This document shows, piece by piece, positions 1 to 12,773 of a DNA stretch of 64,000 nucleotides (position 1 is its first letter; each line of letters begins with the position of its first letter). Location: positions 1 through 64,000 of the forward strand of contig JADIIX010000092.1 of the NCBI GenBank assembly GCA_027604505.1, given 5' to 3'. Both the position numbers and the translations under genes were made by a program. This stretch comes from Gonapodya sp. JEL0774. Its lineage: Eukaryota. Below the pieces are notes generated by a model that worked only from the letters and a program-made list of their open reading frames with translations, had not been told where the DNA came from and searched no databases.

Positions 1-2125
<2,125 letters not shown>

Positions 2126-2344
2126 TAAGAGGGGGGAGGAAAGAAGGGAAGAGAGAGAGGGGAGTAAGATGATGGGGGAAGGAAAGGGGGGAAGGGAAAG
2201 AGAAGAGACTTGAGTCGGGAAGCAGGGAGTGCGCAGTCGGTGGTGTGCAGGGTGCCAAGTGCCAGATCAAGTTGTATGGGTGGGGGTGGTTGGCACACAC
2301 ACACAGGGGAACAAGCACACGCAGCAGGAACAGGCAGGACAACC

Positions 2345-3877
2345 ATGGTGCAGCCCACAAGGTGCGCAGTCGCTGCAGGTCGCTCGCTCTGTCTGTCTTG
2401 GGGAAATTCCTGGGTGTCGCTCTTGTCCTTGCGATGGATGGATGTGACGTCTCTCCCCCCTTGTGCTGGACGTGGGGGGAGTGAAGGGGGAAGGGACGAC
2501 ACCCCCCGCCCATCCCCTCTTCTCCCCTCTTCTCCTCTCCCACTACTCCCGCTTCTCCTGTATCCCCATCCTTGTTCCTTTTGTCCCCTCTCACTCGTCC
2601 CTCCATCTCTTCTCCCTCCTTCCCTCCTTCCCATCTCCTGCACCCCTCCCCTCTCCCCTCTCCCTCTCCCCTTTCCAGACTCTACGTGAAGGGACGCGTC
2701 CTCGGCTACAAGAGGGGAAAGAGCGTATCAAGCCCAAACACTTCGTGAGTTGCCCTCTCTTCTCATCCACCTCTCCCCCCTTCTGCCCCTCCATCCTCCA
2801 CTCCAACTTTCAACTCCCGCCCCTTCATTCGATCGTCATTTCTTTGTGGACTCCTTCTGCTTACTCTGGGACAAGGTCAATGGCTCGGAGCGGTGGTTGG
2901 TTGATGGTTCTTTCGGGACCCCCACACCGGGACACTGCGGATTGGACAAGGACCACCACACAAACCTGGATTGCAAGTCGAGTCATTACTGGGACGGTGT
3001 GGATACATGGACAGACTGTCGGATCACCCTTTGCGGATGGACCACCCTGGACATCCCCCCACGTCCCCTCCTTGCTCCCAAATCCCACCACGGCCACTTT
3101 CCCATCCCCACCTCCGCATATCCTTCGTCCCTCCTCCATCTGATCTCACCCATTTCACTCATTTCACCCTTCCCTTCGCCTACCCTTCCCCCAAACCCTC
3201 ACCCCTCACCCCTCACCGCCCCCGCAGCCTCCTCTCCATCGACTCTGTCTCCACCCCCGAAGACGCCCAGTTCTACCTCGGCAAACGCGTCGCCTACATC
3301 TACCGCGCCAAACGGCTCGTCAACGGCTCCAAAATCCGCGTCCTCTGGGGGAAAATCGCCCGCCCGCACGGAAACTCGGGGGTCGTCAAGGCTAGGTTCA
3401 GGTCCAACTTGCCGCCAAAGGCATTTGGTGCGAGTGTTAGGGTGGTGAGTTGAGCATGATGGGTGTTGGTGGGGGGGGGGGTGGGGGGGGTGTGACGAGC
3501 GGAGCCGGGGCGGAAGTTGGGGGAGCGGTGTGCTCGAGCGAGGAGAGAGAGCGAGCCGATAGGGAGTGGGATTGTGGCATGGAGCACCAAGAGCGGATGG
3601 GTGTGTGTATGTGTGGCGGACGGAGCGAATCGACTGGGGTAGATAACGTGCCAGAGACGCACCACGGCGCAGGGAAACCCGACGCACCAGACATCAGACC
3701 CGGAGATGCGAGAACTCCCATCTCTGGACCGCTTGTGGAGGTGTGGGAGGCGTTTTTAAAGCCGAGCGGGGACCGGACGTCTTTAAATTCGGCACACCTC
3801 GCCCCATCACTCTTTTACTCACTCTTACCCTCCCCCCCAACCACCCCACACAGATGCTCTACCCATCCTCCATATAA
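2345..3877 (+). CDS. RPL33: 60S ribosomal protein eL33 (L35A)
   Basis: Exons 2345-2361, 2679-2744, 3228-3444 and 3854-3877 splice in frame to 107 aa: [20 protein letters not shown]...[13 protein letters not shown]...[40 protein letters not shown]. Confidence 0.97.
2845..3056 (+). ncRNA. Candidate intronic box H/ACA snoRNA in RPL33 intron 2
   Basis: High-complexity island between C/T-rich intron tracts. GTGG..TCCTT (2846) can pair with AAGGA..CCAC (~2949-2959), followed by an ANANNA box ACACAA (2958-2963), a second hairpin with a GACGGT/ACTGTC stem, and ACA at 3051-3053. Confidence 0.45.
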
Positions 3878-4751
3878 ACCCCCTCACCGCCGGGTGCTGG
3901 GATGTGGTTGTGTCTCGTGGGTGGTGCGTGTGTAGCGTTGGTGGACCTGGCTTTGTGCTATGGGCTGGATGCCTTTGGGGAGGAGGCCCTAGTAGTGGGA
4001 CAGGCCCGGGGGGAGAAAGGCGGGGATCTGGCGAGGGTTTAGACGCGTGGTGGTGGAGTGGTAGTGGTAGTGGTAGTGGTAGTGGTGTTGTGGTGGTGGG
4101 TGGTGGTATAAATGCAATTATCATGATTGAGATGGGTGTGTGGAAGTGGGGTGGTGGTCGGGGTTGTCCCAGTCCCACCACTTGCCCTTTTGTTCCCGTC
4201 GTACCCAATTCGGCCTTCGGTGTCCCGTGGGCGTTGGGCGCCTGTTATGGACTCTGGCACTCCGCACAGACCTGTCCATTTATCTTTCTCTGCCACCTGG
4301 CACCTCGCTTGTCACAACTCACACATACCCTAGTGGCGCCTCACACCCTGTAAGTATGTTCCCAACGCAAACAAACCCGTACTTCCACGTCCCTAGGGGC
4401 CCCACACCCCGGCCGAACGGCCGTCAACCAGGATGGTACCGCGCACCGGCCGTGCACCTGTTCGAGTCTGTCCATAGACAGGGAACAAACGGTGGTGCGA
4501 TAGTGCGGTGGTGTGGTTGTGCCTCAAGTAAGAAGTTCGAACCCGGGCGCAATACGCATGTGTACACATCACACGAGTGCAGTAATAATGTGTACGTGCG
4601 TGGCGTGCGCCAAGACCAGAGACCCTGTCAGAGTGAGGAGAGGAGGGTTGACGGACATTCCTCGGTGGAACTGAAACGGAGCGGGCAGCGGGTGTTGGCC
4701 CACCCACTGAGCCCCGGTAGGCATAGGGACCACCACCACCCTTTGTAGGTA

Positions 4752-4800
4752 CATATATGTATATATTTATATATATGAGTGTGTGTGTGTGTGTGCGTGC
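4752..4800. repeat. (TA)n/(GT)n microsatellite
   Basis: catatatgtatatatttatatatatgagtgtgtgtgtgtgtgtgcgtgc. Confidence 0.85.
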
Positions 4801-5162
4801 ACGGACGGGCTCGGTATCCTGTATCATGCAGCGTTTTGTGTATTATAGCAGACCGGGGTACATATGAGTATACCTGTCTGGTACATGTGTGGTCCCTTCC
4901 GATGTTGGCCACCCACCTACCCGCATGCTTCCCTCCTTCCCGCCCCACACCTGACCGCTGACACTCCCTTCCTCACCACAGGACTTTCCAGCCCCAATCC
5001 AGCTCTGATTCTTTTGGGCAAAATAACTACTCCTTTCTGGTACAACGGTCAAGAGGGTAAGGTCCAAGGGCGGTTGGTGCACGTCAGCTCGTTGGACGTG
5101 CACATAGTGTGGATATTATTTGTATGACAGGATCGGAGATAGACAGAAAACACTTAGATTCG

Positions 5163-6762
5163 GGGCCCAATTCTCGTCCCACGGCCCGTCCCGCAACATT
5201 TGGTGCACGCCTTCTCGGTCGATCCGCCTCCGCTCTCTTCTGGTCGCGTCGCTTTTCGCAGTCATCCCCGTCCTCCCCATCCGATCGCCCGATCGCGAAA
5301 ACGCCTCCATCGCCCCGTTCTCCCATCGATTTCCATCGAAATCGAAATTATATATTCATCTTTGTCTGTCACACTTGCTCCTGTTTTCGGCCTCTTGGAC
5401 AATTTCGCTCCCAGTTGCAGTTTTTCTCACCCCTGCAACCCACCCCTCTCGATCCTTATTGATGACCCAATCGACGTTGCGTCCATGCAAATACAATTCC
5501 CCCTACATATTATCTTTCATTTTTTTCCTCTCTCTGTCTCATTCACCTGTGTTGTCACTTCTGACACCTGACACCCATCAGAACCACCACAGCTGTTCAC
5601 GTGGTCGCGTTTTCAACTTCACAACCAAGGACAGGTCAGGTTTGCTGTTTGCAGTGAACTAGTCCAGTCAAGTGTTACAACCTGGTTAACAAGCCAGCTC
5701 TCGGAATCTTGACAGTCACAGGGGTTGGGACACCCAGCCAACACCCCTCACCCACTGAGGTGAACTTTTCTTCTTCTTGTGATCACTGAATCACCACCAT
5801 GTCAGGGTCACTGAACCTTAGGCACTTTGGATCCAAGAACACTTAGTACTGTTGTGGTCAAAGGAAGCAGTGCTTTGAATTCAGTGACCCTAACACTATA
5901 GTGATTCAGTGATCAGAAAAAGAAAAGCAATGCACCTCAGTGGGTGACAGGTGTTGGCTCAGTGTGCTAGTGTCTGTGACTGTGATCAAGATTCTGAGAG
6001 CTGGCTTGTTAACCAGATTGTAACACTTAACTGGACTAGTTCAGTGCAAGCAGTAAACCTGACGTATCCACAGTCATGAAGTTGGAAACATGTCTACTTG
6101 AACTCTTGTGGTGGTTCCGATGGGTGTCAGGTGTCAGAAGTGACAACACCTGCAAATGGCACTGAGAATGGGTGTAGGGGAGTTGTGACCCACTTTGATC
6201 ACCACTCAAACTGGGGTAGCTACAGACACATTGTGAATATAGAGCATGCAATACAACACACTGCCGTCTTACCTAGAGACACAGTGCTATCTGTCAAACT
6301 TAAGAAAGAAACTGCGCCGTGCCTACACTATCATCTGGTGGCTGCTACGCCACAACCCTTAACCCTCAAACCACAAATACCCCTTACCATCCATCTAATC
6401 TCCAACCTAGTGGTGAGCTCCATGTCAACCTGGTAACAGGAGTAGTATTTGCACGGATTTGACTTGGGTCACCACATCTATAAGAATCGCAAGGGGTGGA
6501 TAGAAAAACCTGCAACCTGGAGTGAAATCATTGGAGAGGCCAAAAACAGGAGCAAATAATAGAAAAATATAAAGATAATTTGATTTCGATGGAAATCGAT
6601 GGAAAATGGGGTGATGGGGCTGTTTCAAAATCGTTTTTGATCAGGTGATCAGAAGTTGAGGATGGGGGTGACTTTGAAGACCAACACGACCAGAGGCAGA
6701 TCAACCAAGTATTGGGGCACCAAATGCTGGCAGACAGGCCATGGGACAAGAATCGAGTCTCC
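5163..6762. repeat. Long imperfect inverted repeat (foldback) with two arm pairs
   Basis: Inner arms ~5549-5826 and ~5870-6149 (GTGTTGTCACTTCTGACACCTGACACCCATC / GATGGGTGTCAGGTGTCAGAAGTGACAACAC). Outer arms ~5163-5494 and ~6445-6762 (CCATCGATTTCCATCGAAATC / GATTTCGATGGAAATCGATGG). Confidence 0.92.
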
Positions 6763-6779
6763 TGCACATTGACTCAGTG

Positions 6780-7773
6780 GTCATATTGCAGAAGTAACAA
6801 GTAGGACAGGAGTCTCTCAGGATCTTGCAGCCATTGGTTTCATTGATCTTCTGCAGTGGCTGTGGGTTGTTATCCTCCAAGATGGGGCAGTTTTGAAGAG
6901 CAACCCTGCCTATGAATCACATCACTTTTTTCAGACCCCAGTCTTTCAGTCACCACAATTTTAGAACTTCCAGGAGAGGTTGAAATCACCTATGGTTGCA
7001 CCTGGTGTTCAAATGCCAGTTATGACAGATCTTTAGACAGCTGTTCCAGACCTCATGGATGCAATGGCTGCACATTAATGTGATACAGTCTCCTCAGTCC
7101 AGCGCACAATCCAGCCTTTGATAGAAACAGTAGACACTTTGAATCAGCAGGTTTCATCTCTATTGCAAGCGAACAATACCATGCTCAAGGCACTAGGAAA
7201 TGGAATTCGTTCATTTATGGAGACACTGACAGCCATTAATGCATCTTTTTTGACAGGGAGGGGGGTCAGAGCAACAGAGGAAGCCATGGGCAATGAACAC
7301 AGGGCCAATCCACTGAAAACCACTCACATGAAGCAAATCAACTTGAGCGTGATGAGGAACAGATTGTGAGTAGATGCAACACAAATTGTGCTGATGTTGG
7401 AAACCAGGAAGAGAAAGAACAAGCACCTGAGGGGGTACTTCTGGTTTTGTTGGCCAAGGGCTGGTGAGATGCCAAAGTACAGGTTCAATTGATCAATCAA
7501 GACAGTTGCCAATGGTTGATCTGAGTATGTAGATGGCAACACAGGGGCTCACCAGTAAAAGAGCTTGAAAAACGCTTCGGAGCTCAGTGGTGAGCTGGAG
7601 ATTCACAGCTTGCACGACAGCAGAAGGCATTGTACAAGGCCATTGAGGACCTGAGTGAGATGGAGGGAGGGTTTCAGAGGGCCATCCAAGCTCTTGAGAC
7701 TTGCTGCCTTGAGGAAAAGTGGTCCTTGGACAAGCTACAGAAGGGGCTTATCAAGGAGCAAAGAAACGAGTAG
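6780..7773 (+). mobile_element. Decayed Crypton-type (tyrosine recombinase transposon) 3' fragment: end of NDC10_II-like region plus GCR1_C domain, pseudogenised
   Basis: Broken frame reads QDLAAIGFIDLLQWLWVVILQDGAVL...HHFFQTPVF, then PKYRFN*SIKTVANG*SEYVDG...PVKELEKRFGAQW*...QKALYKAIE...WSLDKLQK. It carries stops and frameshifts and is CpG-depleted. Confidence 0.75.
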
Positions 7774-8620
7774 TTGATGTAGCCGGTCGAGCGAGATTTT
7801 TTTTTGGAATCAATTTTTCTGTTATTTTTCATCATCTGCAAACTTGTTCACGGTATATGAAGTGTTGTTGCTGTTTGTGAAACGCTCTGGATGATGGAAA
7901 AGAGTGATTTCATTTGTGTAAACATGGAAATGTACCCTGAACAGAGCCAGTCAAAGCCCACAAAAGAGATCCAGTAAAAGACAAGGCACCAAACATCATA
8001 TTCTAGTGATATTTCATTCGCGTAGCGTGATCTTGTGATGAAGGGACTTTGAAACAAGTAGGATCAAGATGATGTATCGATTGGGGAGATAGTGCTAAGT
8101 CAAGAGGGTAGGAGACAGACACAGAACCAGCGAGACAATAGTTCAAGTCTTGATAGAGAGTTGATGTATCCTTCTGATCCAGAAAATCGAAAAATCGGAG
8201 CGAGAGAGCAGCATGAAGAGGGCAACACACGTAAAGACCGCTCGGGGGACCGCAGCAGGAAGACCTGGGGGACATATGCGCGAAGATACATGATGCACAT
8301 TGAGTTGTTACAGCAACGGCCGTTTTTGAGGAGAATTTCAAGAGAGAGAAGGCAGGAGAGTGTACGTTACTGTGGGTGGTATCTATCGAGGTCATTCCCC
8401 TTGCACACAGTGTGGGTAGTTAAATACCTGCGTACAACTATTCGAAACCCTCTATCATGTATTGCAATTTGTCTTAAAACTTCTCTCCATTTACCGTCCC
8501 CCATCGCCGTTCAATTGATCGTAACCTTCGAAGTACCTTCGAGAGACGGTGTTCTGGATACTCAAAAAGTGGATGCCTGCCCCAGACTGCAAACTCAAAA
8601 TATAAATCAACCCGCTCACC

Positions 8621-11407
8621 ATGGACATTGACCCACCCAGCAGCCTAGAACTGCGGGATCGTATTCTAAGTGACTCCTCTCTCGCTCCCCTGGAGGTGGG
8701 CGCGCATTTCGGTTGTTGGGAAACCTGCGGATGGTACCTGACTATTTTGACGACAGCAAATTTCCAGAATTTGTGCCGAACTCCGAGGGGCAGTTTCGAA
8801 TGATCTGAAGGCTCGGAAAGTCCGTTGGCTCTGTGGAAGTGTTCTCTCCCCGAAATGTTGGACTTAGATCACGTCCGTCACTTTTCAGGCTAATCCCCTC
8901 AACACAGCATTTCCCGTAGCGAGTCGTCTCTCCTCCGCCGCTGCGCATCTTATAAATCTTCGCCGATTCCACCGTTCAGCCCAAAACCATACCAGGGAGC
9001 TCCGGAGGGAAGCGAATGAAAGGAAGTCTGAAGTGGACTCCTCAGTACTTGAGCTCCGGAATGTGGAATACGAGAAGGATCATTTGAAGAGGGAAATTGC
9101 GGTGTGTGAGGAGACGGAGTGAGTGGTTACGTGGATTCCGACAGGATCTGGTTTGGATGGACAGGGTATTGGTACGGAGAACCAGCAAACAAGGCCCGTT
9201 AGTCTCCGAGCTAGCAAAACGTACGAGTTCACTCCTAAGCCCATATGCGGAGAGAGTGGAATACGGGGCGGGGGGGGTGTTGAATGAAGTTCCACGTCCA
9301 GAGTTCGATTTGATTTGTGGTCGCCCGAACTGTCACAATTTGCGAGTGGCGAGCAAGCCACCATTAAATCTAGTCAGACTGATCAATTTGCTTTGACTCT
9401 CCAGGACCGTTTACGGCACCGTCGAGCTTCACTCCCTGGAAGAGTTTATGAATCGTGCGCCGCCTCATCTGACAGATGAGTTGGATCCACACAAACTCTT
9501 CCTGAACAGATTGGAGTTTGAAAAAATGGAAAGGACGCGGTGAGCCAGGAAAATCTGGATTGCAATAACTCATATCTTCATCGTACCTGGTCGGCAGATT
9601 AGCGAAACTCCAGGCTGAACTCGAAGCCAAACGAGCTAAAGTCACAGAAGATATTCTCCGAAAGCAACAGGACATGGACAAACTCGATGAGGGACTGGAG
9701 AATTATCTAAAAGTGACTTGCAAAATTGGAGCGATTGCTCAGGGAATTCCTCGTTCACTAAATATTCAAACAGGGTGGTGCTGAATTAGCAGCAACATTA
9801 GATGTCAAGTTGGATCCCACCGGTGTGTTGGACCCAGTGCGGCACCTTCCGAAACCTCTATACATCCTATACCGACACCTGGTTGGGTACCAACAGTCAC
9901 TTGGTGGGTGATTAGATCAAATCATGCGAGAATTGGCTACAAGAACATTATGCCGAACCCTTTTCCTGTTCATAGTCCTGACTTCCCCTCCCCTCACTGT
10001 GGAACTCCGCCCTGCCACACAACCTCCACTCCCCAAATCCGGAAAAGAGGAAGACGAAGAACGTGCCGCATTCTACGTTCGACATGATACGGAAGTGGTT
10101 GTCACTGTTCGGGAAACGCCTACACTCCTGGTCAATATGAGTTTTGCATTGCTACCACGCCTTGGTATCATTGTTATCTCGTCCCGAATCCCCGCTCTGG
10201 ACAAGTCGACACAGTTCAAAGATCCTCTAAGTAATCTTTGGCCAAACGATGATGGCACGGAGTCACCTGTACCCCTGCACGACTTCTTGTTAATAGGGTT
10301 GGTTTGTTACCAAATTTGAGGTATACGGTACAACTTGAACATCGTGCCAAGCTGACTTATGATTCCTGTATTCGTATGTTTCAATCCAAATAACCCACCA
10401 ATATAGGAACCGTCCATTCTCCTTCTCTCCCGAGGACGCGGGAGGTTATGCGTATACATGGGCCCAACACCTCTGTGGCCTTGATTTCATGGCTCCAGTA
10501 CGGCAACGTGACCATGCAATAGCTCCGTGGATCGAAGGTGAAGGGGGTAAAAAGAGGCCCTACATTTCCAGAGTCGTTGAGCTTGTTCGGGCGAGAATCA
10601 AGTCGTTACAGGCTTTGGTGAGTTTGCTTGCCACACAACCTCATCAGATTTTCTTGAAGTTTTGATAAGTTAGAGACTTAAAACGATGTTAACTATGCTC
10701 TTTGGTCTCCCATAGACATTAAACCTGTCGATCCTTAACCGTAGGTGTTGTGGACGCTCTCCATGATCCACGGGGCAGATCAGATACTTTCTCTTCAACT
10801 TAGGAAATACACTTCCCACACTTCCAGCCGATTCTACCATAACGCGAAAATCCACCGTATCAAAATTAATTTCATGGAAAGAACGGGATGTGGTAAGATA
10901 GTGTCCAAAGTTAAGATGCCGACGTAAGAATAACGTTCATGTCCTGTCCATTTCAAGGGCGATGGAGAGAAAGGCCGACAATTTAACGCAGTAGTCCAGG
11001 CTGGTGCCACACAAGTAACATTTCGCGTAACGATTTCAGTGGAATACCCGTTTGTTGCCCCTATTTTCGAGTTTGACCTCCTCAAAGACGCACCTCCTCT
11101 GGAAATGGGAATGGAAGTTGACACCGCGCCTCGATTCAAAATCTCTGAGTTGGATGATGACGACGAGGTTGGTGGTTCTGTGAGAGATGGTGAGGAGCGG
11201 GTGGCATCAGCGCCGAACGACCTAGCGGCAACAGTGGACACCCCGGTGGATCCAGCGATCACTGCACTGAGAGCTATAGATGCTGCGGTAAACAGGACTG
11301 TGTCAGACTTTGGACTACCTAGCGGGGATCAGAGGCTGTTGCCAATCCAGATGCATACACTCATACAGATGATAGACTCGCATTTTGCCTCGAATAGTCA
11401 GACCTGA
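8621..11407 (+). CDS. THOC5: THO complex subunit 5 (FMIP family); multi-exon, start approximate
   Basis: Exons encode LINLRRFHRSAQ...KSEVDSSVLELRNVEYEKDHLKREIAVC, VELHSLEEFMNRAP...DPHKLFLNRLEFEKMER and LPKPLYILY, matching THOC5 motifs. Confidence 0.85.
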
Positions 11408-12773
11408 TCGTGTAGACTTTACATAACGCATCTAATCTGATGAACAACGCCGCCAGAAATGAAGTAACAGATTTGATATCACCAAATATCAACACTCTCG
11501 ACTCAAATATCTGCACAATGACCTTCCCCTCTTCCTCCCCTCTTCTCCCCTTCTCTTCTTTCGTTACCCCCAGTCAAACACAAGCTCCAGCAGCCAGTCA
11601 AATTCTATGTGACCCTTTGTAATCCAACCCTCTTGCTGAATCGTTGACACCAGAACGTGTCCGGCAAGCGCGACGAGTCCAACTACATCTCACCGGTAGA
11701 AAAATGAGCCTCGTCGAGCACGATCTCGATGAACAGATCGGCAGTAGGTGCGGTTGTGACATTGTTGTGTTGGTGAAATATTGAGGTAGGCAGGTTTAAA
11801 AGGAGGGCGTCTCACAATTACAGAAAAGAAGGTGAGTCCAATTCAAACCAGTACTTTGTGGCTTTGTTCTGATGATTGCGGGGTTCATCAACAAAACGTA
11901 ACCAGTCTCTCTCTGGATCGAACTGATCGAAACATCCACTTTCGAAGCAGTGATGCTTGAGCTCCATCTCATCATTCTACCCTCTCAAACAAGCAAGGCG
12001 AATTCGATGCCTCAGGGAAGAATGATGGGGACATTCCTTGGTGGAACCCCGAATATGTTTCTCCTGCTGTCCCAGGCATGGATCACCGACGAATCCCATC
12101 CTCCTGTCAAGAATTAGGCTGTGTGGAATCACCCTCCGATAGAAGCTCTTAACTTGGGTATTTCTCTTTCACTCCGGATCGGATTGCTACAGTTCTTCGG
12201 ACAGGTGTTCTTGAATGTCCATCCTTCGGATGCAATCGCAAAGTAGCTTTAATCACTCTCGATTATTTGATCTGTTCTCCAAGGATCTTCATTTCAGTTT
12301 CAAACCGATGACGAATGCTATGACAACGCGAGCGATCATACCAGCAATGAACGAACATTAAGTTCGAACTCGACTACGCACCGTCCCAATGAAGACTCCT
12401 GAAATGTTTCAGAGTCACGAGCTGCCAAGTTGTTGCTTGTTAGAATCCGAGATGGGAGACACGAGTACTGAGTTTGCAGTCCAAGGGAACCCTCGTCATG
12501 CATGCGGCGCTGATTTGGCTGCTTCATCAGACTAGACTCATCGTCCTGCGAGAAAACCGACTGCCAGAAGTGTTTTCTTTTTGTCAGATTTCATATTCCC
12601 AGTCTCACGTCAGCCTTATGGACAAGGATGGTGGCAAATTGTGCCCGTGCGCTCTGAAGAGCCAAATGTGTGCCCAACCGAGACAACCTATCTTCACTTG
12701 AAGATACAGATTGCTTGAAAATCGATACTGAAACACTCAGAAACGCTCAAACTCGAAACATCTATCGATATCA

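Noticed and set aside
4494..4552. tRNA-like A-box and GTTCGAACCC B-box
   Set aside because: Only ~60 nt long, the T-stem does not pair and there is no anticodon arm; chance or highly decayed.
7480..7600. In-frame TGA codons as selenocysteine or recoding
   Set aside because: They coincide with frameshifts and other stops in a decayed transposon and are explained by point mutation, mostly CGA->TGA; no SECIS was recognised.
11440..12700. Splice-like signals and short ORFs downstream of THOC5
   Set aside because: Could not assemble a stop-free gene or recognise a domain.
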